Below, piece by piece: positions 17,614 to 26,845 of a DNA stretch of 64,000 nt. The notes beneath the pieces were generated by a model. The model was given only the letters and a program-made list of their open reading frames with translations, did not search any database and was not told the origin of the DNA. Source of the stretch: an uncultured Eubacteriales bacterium (GTDB taxonomy: Bacteria > Acidobacteriota > Aminicenantia > Aminicenantales > Saccharicenantaceae); assembly GCA_964551995.1 (NCBI GenBank), contig CAZKFD010000006.1, forward strand, positions 2,894 through 66,893. The letters run 5' to 3'. The position numbers and the translations under genes are program-made. Numbering within the stretch: position 1 is the first letter of the stretch; every line of letters begins with the position of its first letter.

Positions 17614-19719
17614 ATGACGATCTTTGGACTGCACTGGCTCGACTTCACGATCGTCGTCCTCTTCGTCCTCGCCGTCCTCTGGCTCGGCCGCCTGGCCGGC
17701 CGCAGGACGCGGAGCGCGGAGGATTTCTACGTCGCCGGGCGCCGGCTTGGGAAGATCTACCAGTTCTTTCTCAACCTGGGGACCTCGACCAACGCCGACC
17801 AGGCCATCGTCGTTTCCCGCGAGGTCTACCGCCAGGGCATCGGCGGCATGTGGATCCAGTATCTCGTCCTCTTCCTGACGCCCTTTTACTGGTTCACGAC
17901 GGGGTTCTTCCGCCGCGTCCGGCTGGTGACCATCGGCGATTTCTTCGAGGAACGCTTCAAGAGCAAGTTCCTCGGCGCGTCCTTCGCCGTTTTCACGCTC
18001 TTCATGGCCTTCCTCGGGAACGGGGTCGGTTACATGGTCGCGGCCAAGACGATGATGGCCCTGACGCCCAAGCCGGTTGCCAAATATACGGCCCAGGAGA
18101 AGCTCAGCGTCGACCTTTTCCACGAGTACCGGGCGCTCGAGCTCAAGGCGGAGTCGGGGCTCACGCCCGCGGAGCAGAAACGCTTCGACGAGCTCGCCGA
18201 GCGCTCGAAGAAGGACGAGCTCAAGGCCATCATCTCCTACACGAACCCCGTCGCGATCTACTCGACCTACACGGTCATCGTCGCCGTCTACACGATGATG
18301 GGCGGGTTCCTGGCGGCCGCGATCACGGACGTCATCCAGGGGATCCTCCTGACGGTCTTCTCGATCATACTGATCCCCATCGCCCTGGCCCGGATCGGCG
18401 GCTTCGCCGGCCTGCACGCCCTCGTGCCGGACTTCATGTTCCGGCTTTTCGGCTCGGCGGCGACGAGCGAGTACGCCTGGTACACGATCGTGGCCATGGT
18501 CCTCGCGAACCTGGTCTCCATCATCGCCGTCGCTACGGGCATGCAGACGGCCGGCTCGGCCAAGAACGAGACGGCGGCCCGGGTCGGCATGATCGGCGGC
18601 ATGTTCTTCAAGCGCTTCATCATGATCTTCTGGGCCCTGACCGGGCTTCTCGCCATCGCCCTCTACGCCGGGAAGCTCCACGACCCCGACCTCATCTGGG
18701 GCCACATGACGATGGACCTCCTCTTCCCCGGCGCCATCGGGCTGATGATGGCCGGGATCCTGGCGGCAAAGATGTCGGCGCTGGCGGGCTCGAGCGTCTC
18801 CTATTCGGCTCTCTTCATCCGCAACCTCTACCAGCCGTTCGTCAAGCCGAAGTCGGACCGGCACCTGATCAACGTCGGCCGGGCCGCGATCGCCGTGACC
18901 CTTCTCGGCGGCGTCGGGGTGGCGCTCTTCGTCGGCAACCTCCTCGACCTGTTCAAGTATTTCATCTCGCTGCCGGCGATCTTCGGCGCCGCGATCTGGC
19001 TCGGCTTCATGTGGCGCCGGCTGACGAAGGCGGCTGTCATCATCCAGGTTTTCCTCTGCTTCACGATCTACGCCCTCGTCCCGACCCTCTTCCAGTCGCT
19101 GGACTGGGCGAAGACGCTGCCGGCCTTTCTCCAGGAAACCGAGGCCCAAGTCGTCACGATCACGACGCGGGCCGTACGCGGGGACGTCGAGGCCGGGCGG
19201 GCCTCCGCCGTCGGCGAGATGATCAAGAAGACGCGCGTCAATCCGCCGACCGGCATCTTTTTCGAGAAGGTGGCCCTGACCGACCCCGAGAACCCGGAGT
19301 CGCCGCGGATCGGGATCGGGCGCTTCCAGGCGGAGGTCTGGGTCCTCAGCCGGCTGGGGATCGATTTCTCGCGCTTTTCCGCGGCCCAGCTGAACGCCGT
19401 GCGCTTCGGCTTCGACGCGCTCTTCCCGTTCGTGCTGCTCTTTCTCCTGAGCGCCGTGACGCGGCCGGTCCCGAAGCGGGACCTGGACCGGTTCTTCGCC
19501 AAGGTCCACACGCCGGTCCAGCCGACGAGGGAGGGCGAGGAGGGGGCCCTCCGGCGCGCGGCCGAGGACTACGGCGAGATCGAAAAACGGAAGCTCCGTC
19601 CGGGCTCGAGCTGGGAATTCATGAAGCCGGCCCGGAGCGACGTCATCGGCTTTCTCGCGAGCTGGCTCCTCGTCGGCGTCATCATCCTGCTCCTGTGGCT
19701 CATGGTCAGCATCAAGTAG
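17614..19719 (+). CDS. Sodium:solute symporter (SSS) family transporter
   Basis: ~13-14 TM helices and an N-terminal pattern typical of SSS (DFYVAGRRLG). 701 aa. Confidence 0.85.
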   Translation: MTIFGLHWLDFTIVVLFVLAVLWLGRLAGRRTRSAEDFYVAGRRLGKIYQFFLNLGTSTNADQAIVVSREVYRQGIGGMWIQYLVLFLTPFYWFTTGFFRRVRLVTIGDFFEERFKSKFLGASFAVFTLFMAFLGNGVGYMVAAKTMMALTPKPVAKYTAQEKLSVDLFHEYRALELKAESGLTPAEQKRFDELAERSKKDELKAIISYTNPVAIYSTYTVIVAVYTMMGGFLAAAITDVIQGILLTVFSIILIPIALARIGGFAGLHALVPDFMFRLFGSAATSEYAWYTIVAMVLANLVSIIAVATGMQTAGSAKNETAARVGMIGGMFFKRFIMIFWALTGLLAIALYAGKLHDPDLIWGHMTMDLLFPGAIGLMMAGILAAKMSALAGSSVSYSALFIRNLYQPFVKPKSDRHLINVGRAAIAVTLLGGVGVALFVGNLLDLFKYFISLPAIFGAAIWLGFMWRRLTKAAVIIQVFLCFTIYALVPTLFQSLDWAKTLPAFLQETEAQVVTITTRAVRGDVEAGRASAVGEMIKKTRVNPPTGIFFEKVALTDPENPESPRIGIGRFQAEVWVLSRLGIDFSRFSAAQLNAVRFGFDALFPFVLLFLLSAVTRPVPKRDLDRFFAKVHTPVQPTREGEEGALRRAAEDYGEIEKRKLRPGSSWEFMKPARSDVIGFLASWLLVGVIILLLWLMVSIK

Positions 19720-19775
19720 CCGGCCCTCGCCCTGCGTCCGCGGGCAGATTTCATCGCGGCTTCCCGATATTTCCC

Positions 19776-19817
19776 TTGACAAACCCCGATGGCCGGCCTA
19801 TTATACTCGGAGTAAAA
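19776..19817 (+). promoter_or_regulatory. Sigma-70-like promoter (TTGACA-17-TATTAT) overlapped by a 17-bp palindrome (candidate operator)
   Basis: TTGACA at 19776-19781, an exact 17-nt spacer, TATTAT at 19799-19804. TTATACTC-G-GAGTAAAA (19801-19817) is a 7/8 inverted repeat. Sits ~60 nt upstream of the LolA-like gene. Confidence 0.45.
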
Positions 19818-19874
19818 ATTATTGTCTTAGAGTAAAAGCCCTGAGCCTAGGCCGGTTCGGGAAGGAGGTCTGCC

Positions 19875-20645
19875 ATGACGCGCCATCGCATCGTCCTGTT
19901 CTCTGCACTGGTGATTCTGCTCGGGCCGGCGGTCGCGGCAAAGGCCCAGATGTCGTCGGAGGCCCAGGCGCTCAAGATCGTCCGTACGATCGACAACCTC
20001 TACCGCACCAGCGGCAGCTACGCCCAACTCTCGATGGAGGTCATCACGCCGGACTGGCAGCGGACCCTTGCTCTGCGGGCCTGGTCCAAAGGCCTGGATA
20101 AGACATTCATCCGCATCGTCGAGCCCAAAAAGGAAGCCGGGGTCGGAACGTTGCGCATCGGGAGCGAAATGTGGAACTACCTGCCCAACACGGACAAGAT
20201 CATCAAGATCCCGCCGTCGATGATGATGAGTTCGTGGATGGGGTCAGATTTCACTAACGACGACCTCGTCAAGGAATACACATTCGTCAACGATTTCACA
20301 TTTCGGATGATCACTCCCGAAGACGCCCAGGCGGACCTGGCTTATGTCGAATGCCGGCCCAAGCCGGGGGTCCCGATCGTCTGGGACAAAATCATCGTCG
20401 CCGTGCGCCCGTCCGATGACCTTCCGGTTTGGGAGAAATTCTATGACGAGAAAGGCCGGGTCGCCCGGCTCATGACCTACAGAGAGATCAAGACCTTCGG
20501 CCGCCGGACGATCCCGTCCGTCATGGAAATGATCCCGCAGGGCAAGCAGGGCTACAAGACGGCTCTTCGCTATAGGGACGTCCAATTCGACCTCGCTCTG
20601 GCCGACGGCCTTTTTTCGCTGAGGAACCTGCAGTCCGGCAAATAG
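19875..20645 (+). CDS. LolA-like outer-membrane lipoprotein-sorting protein
   Basis: Signal peptide plus the characteristic block GSEMWNYLPNTDKIIKIPPSMMMSSWMGSDFTNDDLV of the LolA-like family. Sits directly upstream of the FtsX-type permeases. Confidence 0.7.
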   Translation: MTRHRIVLFSALVILLGPAVAAKAQMSSEAQALKIVRTIDNLYRTSGSYAQLSMEVITPDWQRTLALRAWSKGLDKTFIRIVEPKKEAGVGTLRIGSEMWNYLPNTDKIIKIPPSMMMSSWMGSDFTNDDLVKEYTFVNDFTFRMITPEDAQADLAYVECRPKPGVPIVWDKIIVAVRPSDDLPVWEKFYDEKGRVARLMTYREIKTFGRRTIPSVMEMIPQGKQGYKTALRYRDVQFDLALADGLFSLRNLQSGK

Positions 20646-20654
20646 GAGCGCCCC

Positions 20655-21878
20655 ATGCTGAAGATGGCCTTCCGCAACATTTTCCGCCAGAAGCGGCGCT
20701 CCGTGCTGACGGGCCTGACCATGTTCGGCGGCTTCGTGCTCGCCGCCCTCGCCATCGGCTTCTCGGAGGGCACGTTCAACGGCATCGTCACGACATTCAC
20801 CCGGACCCGGCTGGGTCATATCCAGATCCACGCCCGGGGCTATCTCGACAGGCCGACGCTCAATAAAACAGTCGCCGATTACCGCCGCATCGGCCGGGCG
20901 ATCGACGCCGCGGCGGGGGCCGAGGCCTGGGCGCCGCGGGTCTACTCGGCGGGTCTGGCCTCCGACGGCGACCGCACCGAAGCGGTCCGCATCATCGGCA
21001 TCGACCCGGCCCTCGAATACCGGGCCACGCATCTTGACAAGGACGTGACGGCGGGCCGCGCCTTCGGTCCGCCGCCCGCCAAAGACATCATCCTCGGCAA
21101 GGGACTGGCCGAAAATCTCAAAGCCGCCCTCGGCGACGAGGTCGTCCTGGTATCGCAGGGAGCCGACGGCTCGCTGGCCAATGAAAAATACAGACTGATC
21201 GCGCTGATGGATACGGGAGATCTGGCCACCGACCGGATGACCGCCTATCTCCACATCGACGACGCCCGGAGCCTCCTCGTCCTCGACGACCGGGTCCACG
21301 AAATCGTGGTCATCGCCCGGTCGCTCAAGAAGGTCCTCCCGCTCGAGGCCGAACTCAAGAAGGAGACGGCCGGTCTGCCCCTGGACATTCAGCCCTGGCA
21401 GGTCTTCGCCAAGCCGTTCTACATGGCCATGCAGGCCAAGCTCAAGGGCAACAACGTTCTCCTCCTGGTCCTGTTCATCGTCGTGGCCATCGGCGTCCTG
21501 AACACGGCCCTGATGGCCGTCCTCGAGCGCCGCCGAGAATACGGCGTTCTCAAGGCCCTGGGCACGCGCCCGCGTCAGATCTTCGCGTTAATCGTGCTCG
21601 AAACATTGTGCCTGGCCTCGCTCAGCATCCTCCTGGGCGTGGGCTTCAGTTTTCCCGTCAACACCATTCTCTCGCATCATCACATCCCGCTCAGCGGCCT
21701 CTTCTCGAAGCCCATCACATTCGGCGGCATGCAGTACACGACCTTCACGTCCGAAGCCAACCTCAGGAGCGTCCTCGTCCCGACTCTGACCGTTTTCTTG
21801 TCCGCGTTCCTGGTGAGCCTCTTTCCCGCGGTCAGGGCCGCGAGGACCGACCCGGCCAAGTCGATACGGATCTTTTAG
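20655..21878 (+). CDS. ABC transporter permease, FtsX/MacB-type
   Basis: N-terminal motif MAFRNIFRQKRRS, one TM, a large periplasmic domain, then three C-terminal TMs (FtsX fold). Confidence 0.85.
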   Translation: MLKMAFRNIFRQKRRSVLTGLTMFGGFVLAALAIGFSEGTFNGIVTTFTRTRLGHIQIHARGYLDRPTLNKTVADYRRIGRAIDAAAGAEAWAPRVYSAGLASDGDRTEAVRIIGIDPALEYRATHLDKDVTAGRAFGPPPAKDIILGKGLAENLKAALGDEVVLVSQGADGSLANEKYRLIALMDTGDLATDRMTAYLHIDDARSLLVLDDRVHEIVVIARSLKKVLPLEAELKKETAGLPLDIQPWQVFAKPFYMAMQAKLKGNNVLLLVLFIVVAIGVLNTALMAVLERRREYGVLKALGTRPRQIFALIVLETLCLASLSILLGVGFSFPVNTILSHHHIPLSGLFSKPITFGGMQYTTFTSEANLRSVLVPTLTVFLSAFLVSLFPAVRAARTDPAKSIRIF

Positions 21879-21888
21879 GAGGGCCGCC

Positions 21889-23115
21889 ATGAGCCTGTAC
21901 ACGAAACTCGCCTGGCGCAACATCTTTCGCAACAAGCGGCGGACCTACATCACCGGAACGGCCATCGCCATCGGCCTGGCCGCCCTGATCTTCCTCGACG
22001 CCCTGTACATCGGCATGGCCAACAACATGATCGCTTCGGCGACGGCGTCGTTCACCGGAGAAGGCCAGATTCATGCCCGTGGCTTTCTCGGGACGCAGGA
22101 TGCGAACAAGACGCTCGCCGGCCTGGACATCCTCACGGCCCGTCTGGGCCGCGACGCGCGGGTCAAGGCTTTCACCGTGCGCACCTTGTGCCAGGGGATG
22201 ATCACGTCGACCTCGAACGTCAACCCTGTCCTCCTCGTCGGGGTCCGGCCGGACACCGAAAAGGCCCTGAGCCAAGTCGACGACGTCATCACGCAGGGTG
22301 CATTCTTCAGCGGCGACGATCCCCAGAATATCGTCATCGGCAGCCGGCTGGCCGAGCTCCTTGAAGTCGGCGTGGGGGACCGGATCGTGGTCACCGTCGC
22401 CCAAGCCGGCGGCGGGGAGCTCTCCCAAGACCTGTTCCGTGTTTCCGGGATTTACCGCTTTAATATCCAGGACCTCGACGGGGGCCTGGCGTTTGTCCGG
22501 ATCGAGAAGGCCCAGGCCATGCTCGGCCTCGACCACCGAGCGAACGAGATCGTTCTTGCCTTTAAAAATCCGCAGATTTCACAGAACGAGCAAGACCCCT
22601 TCTGGGCCGAGTACTCGAACGCGGACAACGAAGCCCTCGGCTGGACGAAACTCTTTCCGGCCCTGAAGTCGATCTACGACCTGACGCAGGTCGGGACGCT
22701 CATCGTCGGCATCATCCTCTTCGCCGTGGTGGCCTTGGGCATCATCAACACGCTCTTCATGTCGATCTACGAACGAATGTTCGAATTCGGTGTCATGCGG
22801 GCCGTGGGGACGCGGCCGTGGGGCATCCGCAAGCTCGTCATCCAGGAGGCCGGGGCCCTGGCCCTGCTCAGCATCGGACTGGGGGTCGCCCTCGGTTTTG
22901 CCCTGACGGCCCTCGTTTCCCACTCGGGGATCAACTATGAGGGCGTGGAGTTTGCCGGCGTGACGATCCGGAATCTCATCTATCCCGTGCTTCGCCTCCG
23001 CCAGTTCATCCTCTACCCGTTGAGCGTCCTCGTGTTCACGCTGCTCGTCGGGCTGTATCCCGCGGCCTACGCCGCCCGGATGTCGGTGACCGGCGCCATG
23101 AAACGGGCCCTGTGA
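21889..23115 (+). CDS. ABC transporter permease, FtsX/MacB-type (second paralogue)
   Basis: Same architecture as the first permease (LAWRNIFRNKRRT, periplasmic domain, 3 C-terminal TMs). Confidence 0.85.
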   Translation: MSLYTKLAWRNIFRNKRRTYITGTAIAIGLAALIFLDALYIGMANNMIASATASFTGEGQIHARGFLGTQDANKTLAGLDILTARLGRDARVKAFTVRTLCQGMITSTSNVNPVLLVGVRPDTEKALSQVDDVITQGAFFSGDDPQNIVIGSRLAELLEVGVGDRIVVTVAQAGGGELSQDLFRVSGIYRFNIQDLDGGLAFVRIEKAQAMLGLDHRANEIVLAFKNPQISQNEQDPFWAEYSNADNEALGWTKLFPALKSIYDLTQVGTLIVGIILFAVVALGIINTLFMSIYERMFEFGVMRAVGTRPWGIRKLVIQEAGALALLSIGLGVALGFALTALVSHSGINYEGVEFAGVTIRNLIYPVLRLRQFILYPLSVLVFTLLVGLYPAAYAARMSVTGAMKRAL

Positions 23116-23127
23116 AGGAGAACGACC

Positions 23128-23829
23128 ATGATCGAGCGTGAGCGACCCCTGATTCAGACCGAGGGGCTGAGGAAGACCTATACCGACAACGGCGTCGAAG
23201 TGCCGGCCCTGCGCGGCATCGATCTGACCATCCGGGCCGGGGAATTCACGGCTATCGTCGGACCTTCTGGCTCAGGCAAGACGACCCTCCTCAACATCAT
23301 CTCCGGGCTCGACAAGCCGAGCGAGGGCAAGGTCTGGCTCGACGGCAAGCTCGTTTCGGCCATGAGCGGGGCCGAACTGTCGGATTTCCGGCGCGATCAC
23401 ATCGGCTTCATCTTCCAGGCGTACAACCTGATCCCGGTGCTGAAGGTCGAGGAAAACATCGAATACACCATGCTCCTGCAGCACGTGCCCAAGGTGGAGC
23501 GCGGCCGCCGCGTCGGCGACATCCTTCGCGACGTGGGGCTCGAGGGCTTCGCCTGGCGCTTTCCTTCGAAACTCTCGGGCGGCCAGCAGCAGCGGGTCGC
23601 CATCGCCCGGGCCATGGTCACGCGGCCGCTGATGATCCTCGCCGACGAGCCGACGGCCAACCTCGATTCGAAGACGGGCGCCGAACTCCTTGACATGATG
23701 CGCCGTCTCAACGAGGAGCGTGGCATGACGTTTGTCTTCTCGACCCACGACCGGATGATCGTGGAGAAGGCCCGCCGGACCGTGACCGTCCGGGACGGTC
23801 TCATCGCGAGCGACGAGACCAGGAGCTAG
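23128..23829 (+). CDS. ABC transporter ATP-binding protein (LolD/MacB-type)
   Basis: Walker A GPSGSGKTT, signature LSGGQQQRVAIARA, Walker B ILADEPT, H-loop STHD. Confidence 0.95.
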   Translation: MIERERPLIQTEGLRKTYTDNGVEVPALRGIDLTIRAGEFTAIVGPSGSGKTTLLNIISGLDKPSEGKVWLDGKLVSAMSGAELSDFRRDHIGFIFQAYNLIPVLKVEENIEYTMLLQHVPKVERGRRVGDILRDVGLEGFAWRFPSKLSGGQQQRVAIARAMVTRPLMILADEPTANLDSKTGAELLDMMRRLNEERGMTFVFSTHDRMIVEKARRTVTVRDGLIASDETRS

Positions 23830-23832
23830 GCC

Positions 23833-25107
23833 GTGGCGGCGCGTTGGGCAGGCTGGAGAGCGGCGGGCGCGCTGGCCCTCGTCTCGGCCCTCGCCGGACG
23901 CGCCGCCGCCGACGAGGGCCCGCTGACGCTCAGCGGCTATGTCAAGAACTACTCGATCGTCTTCCGCCTGGCTGAGCCCCTGGACGCCGGGGGAGCGGCC
24001 CAGCCGCTGCTGGCCCAGTCCGACACGGAGCTCAGGCTTTCGCTGACATACTCGCCGAGCATGTCTGTGACCCTCCTCGCGGCCTATGACATCTCGCCGC
24101 GCATCCAGGACCCTTTCTTTTTCCGGCCGTCCGCGTTTGCCGTCTCGGTCTCGACCGGGAATTATCGGGTCGCCGATTTTCGGTCGCCGCTCGTGCCGGG
24201 GCCGGATTCTCCCGCCGGCAGCTTCGGGCTCTACCAAAACCTCGACCGACTCTCGGTAACATTCAAGACGGGCTTCGGCGATATCATCGTCGGGCGCCAG
24301 CCGGTGGCGTGGGGAAGCGGCAAGGTGACAAACCCGACGGACATCATCGCGCCTTTCTCCTTCTATGATTTGGACAAGGAAGAACGGCTGGGCGTCGACG
24401 CCGCCCGGATGCGCATCCCGCTGTCGGACCTGAGCCAAATCGACGTGGGATACGTCTTCGGTAAGAGCTTCCGGTTCGACCTGAGCGCCTTTTTCCTGCG
24501 GGGCCAGTTCCATCTCTTCAAGACGGACGTGAGCCTGCTGGGTCTCGGCTTCCAAAACGATTTCTTGATCGGCCTCGACGTCGCGCGGTCCGTCGGCGGG
24601 TCGGGCGTCTGGCTCGAGGCGGCCTATGTCCTGCCGGGCGCCCTCGCTTCCGCGCCGGCGAAGCCCGCGAACTACGGCCGGCTCACGGCCGGCATCGACC
24701 GCAGCCTCAGCGCGAAGGTCTACGGCTTCGTCGAGTACCATTTCAATTCGGCCGGCTCCTCCGAGCCGTCATCCTACGCGGGATTGTTCACGACGCCTGC
24801 CTATACCCGGGGAAGCGTCTATCTCATGGGCCGGCATTATCTCAGCGTGGGCACGACCTACCAGGCCTCGCCGCTCATCCCCGTCACCGGCCTCGTCATC
24901 TGGAACGCCAACGACGGGTCGTTCGCCCTCTCGCCCCGGGCCGATTACAATGTCTCCCAAAACATGTATCTCGGCGGCGGCGTTTACCTCGGCCTCGGCC
25001 GGCGGCCGGTGTCGCCCCTGTTCGGGGGCACGGCCCCGCCCGAGCTTCGCTCGGAATTCGGGAGCTACCCGGATTTCCTCTATCTTTCGTTCCGGTTCTA
25101 TTTCTAA
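23833..25107 (+). CDS. Putative outer-membrane beta-barrel protein
   Basis: GTG start 3 nt after the ATPase stop. Signal peptide, alternating-hydrophobicity strands, and a C-terminal aromatic signature ending ...LSFRFYF. Confidence 0.5.
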   Translation: MAARWAGWRAAGALALVSALAGRAAADEGPLTLSGYVKNYSIVFRLAEPLDAGGAAQPLLAQSDTELRLSLTYSPSMSVTLLAAYDISPRIQDPFFFRPSAFAVSVSTGNYRVADFRSPLVPGPDSPAGSFGLYQNLDRLSVTFKTGFGDIIVGRQPVAWGSGKVTNPTDIIAPFSFYDLDKEERLGVDAARMRIPLSDLSQIDVGYVFGKSFRFDLSAFFLRGQFHLFKTDVSLLGLGFQNDFLIGLDVARSVGGSGVWLEAAYVLPGALASAPAKPANYGRLTAGIDRSLSAKVYGFVEYHFNSAGSSEPSSYAGLFTTPAYTRGSVYLMGRHYLSVGTTYQASPLIPVTGLVIWNANDGSFALSPRADYNVSQNMYLGGGVYLGLGRRPVSPLFGGTAPPELRSEFGSYPDFLYLSFRFYF

Positions 25108-25128
25108 GACGGAGAAGGGAGGACGCAG

Positions 25129-25773
25129 ATTTCCGCTTCGCGAAAACCCGGCGCCTCTAGGGATAAGGGCAAGCCCCAGAACCTGGAAGAGCTGATCCGC
25201 CACTTCATCCTCGACCACAGCGAAGATCTGTTCATCGCCAAAGGCTACATGAAGACGTCCATGGACTCGATCGCCAAGGCCTGCGGGCTGTCGAAGCCGA
25301 CGCTCTACAACTACTTCCACGGCAAACACGAGATCTTCACGGCTCTTTATCAGCGGCTGTACCGCGGCCTCTATGACAAGATCAAGGTGCTGCTGACGCT
25401 GGACCAGGACAAGGCCCACATTTTCCAGTCCGTCATCGACGAATACTTCGCCTGGCTGGCGGCGAAGAAGGACTTTTTGCAGATGTACTTCCGGGAGCAG
25501 CACCTCGTCATCCACGAGGACATCGAGGAGCACATGGAGTGGCACGTGCGGAGCAAGCAGGAGATGGTCGGGCTTCTCACTCAAGCGCTCGGGGGGATCA
25601 TCCGCCCCGACGTGAAAAAGAAGTTCGGCGTGCCGATGGCGGCCGCGATCCTCCAGAATATCTTCGAGGGACTCATCGCCGAGCCCAACCCGCCGAGCGC
25701 CGATGGCCTGGCCGCCGAGAAGGCTTTCCTCGTCGAATTCCTGCGCCAGGGCCTCCTCGCCGGAGGGCGGTGA
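25129..25773 (+). CDS. TetR-family transcriptional regulator (apparent non-canonical ATT start)
   Basis: HTH block: FIAKGYMKTSMDSIAKACGLSKPTLYNYFHGKHEIF. The first ATG (25249) lies inside helix 2-3. The frame is open from 25108 and contains no ATG/GTG/TTG. ATT 25129 sits 6 nt after GGGAGG (25117-25122). Confidence 0.75.
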   Translation: MSASRKPGASRDKGKPQNLEELIRHFILDHSEDLFIAKGYMKTSMDSIAKACGLSKPTLYNYFHGKHEIFTALYQRLYRGLYDKIKVLLTLDQDKAHIFQSVIDEYFAWLAAKKDFLQMYFREQHLVIHEDIEEHMEWHVRSKQEMVGLLTQALGGIIRPDVKKKFGVPMAAAILQNIFEGLIAEPNPPSADGLAAEKAFLVEFLRQGLLAGGR

Positions 25774-25777
25774 ATCC

Positions 25778-26845
25778 ATGAAAAGGGAAATCCGCGACCT
25801 GACGCTCGAGGAGCTCCAGGCGGAGCTCGCGGCCCTCGGCGAACGTCCATTTCGGGCCGGACAGATTTTTTCCTGGCTTTACCATAAGGGCGCATCGGAT
25901 TTCGGGGAATTTTCATCGTTGTCCAAGGGCCTCCGCGATATGCTGGCCGCGCGATTTACGATCAGCCGGCTCGAACTCGAGGCGCGGCTGGAATCCAGTG
26001 ACGGAACGGCCAAGTTCCTCTTCAAGCTGGCCGATGGCCCCTGCGTCGAGGCCGTCCTTATTCCGGCCGGGAAAAGAAAGACCGCCTGCATTTCAACGCA
26101 AGTCGGCTGCAAGTTCGCCTGCGGCTTCTGCGCCAGTGGCCTCCACGGCTTTAGGCGGAACCTGACGCCGTCGGAGATCACCGGCCAAGCGCTCGCGCTC
26201 CGGGCCGAGGCCGGCGGCGAGATCACGAACTATGTCTTCATGGGCATGGGCGAGCCTCTGGACAACTTCGACAACCTGGCCAAGGCCCTGCGCATCATGA
26301 ACGCGCCAGAGGGCATGGGGATCGCGGCGCGCCGCATGACAATCTCGACGGCCGGCTACGTCCCGGGCATCGCGCGGCTCAAGGAGCTCGACCTGCAGGT
26401 CAATCTCTCGGTTTCTCTCCACGCCGCGAACGACCGCCTGCGCGACCGGCTCATGCCGATCAACAGGAAATACCCGCTCGAAAAGCTCGTTGCCGCCTGC
26501 GAGGATTACATCCGGTCCGGCGGCCGGATGATTACCCTCGAGTACGTCGTCATCCAGGGTGTCAACGGCGGGCTCAACGATGCCGACGGGCTGGCCGGGA
26601 TCGCCCGCCGCCTGAGGGCCAAGGTCAACCTGATCGTCTACAGCCCGGTTCCCGGCCTTGCCTTCGATGTCCCGCCCGAGGCCGACGTGGCGCGCTTCAC
26701 GCGCTGGCTCGAAGAGAGGAAGGTCCGCGTCACGCGACGCCGCTCCAAAGGACAGGACATCCTGGCCGCCTGCGGACAGCTCGCCGGCCGCTTCACGGAA
26801 AAGGCGGAGACGGCCGGACGCCCGAGACCGGTCAAAGAGAGCTGA
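25778..26845 (+). CDS. rlmN: 23S rRNA/tRNA (adenine-C2)-methyltransferase RlmN (radical SAM)
   Basis: N-terminal FRAGQIFSWLY motif, radical-SAM CxxxCxxC (GCKFACGFCASG), MGMGEPL, and C-terminal GQDILAACGQL. Confidence 0.9.
   Translation: MKREIRDLTLEELQAELAALGERPFRAGQIFSWLYHKGASDFGEFSSLSKGLRDMLAARFTISRLELEARLESSDGTAKFLFKLADGPCVEAVLIPAGKRKTACISTQVGCKFACGFCASGLHGFRRNLTPSEITGQALALRAEAGGEITNYVFMGMGEPLDNFDNLAKALRIMNAPEGMGIAARRMTISTAGYVPGIARLKELDLQVNLSVSLHAANDRLRDRLMPINRKYPLEKLVAACEDYIRSGGRMITLEYVVIQGVNGGLNDADGLAGIARRLRAKVNLIVYSPVPGLAFDVPPEADVARFTRWLEERKVRVTRRRSKGQDILAACGQLAGRFTEKAETAGRPRPVKES

Noticed and set aside
17550-19835. 761-aa plus-strand and 725-aa minus-strand (17605..19782) ORFs overlapping the symporter gene
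   Set aside because: Only frame 17614..19719 gives a polytopic membrane protein with SSS features. The other two are R/P/G/D-rich shadow frames.
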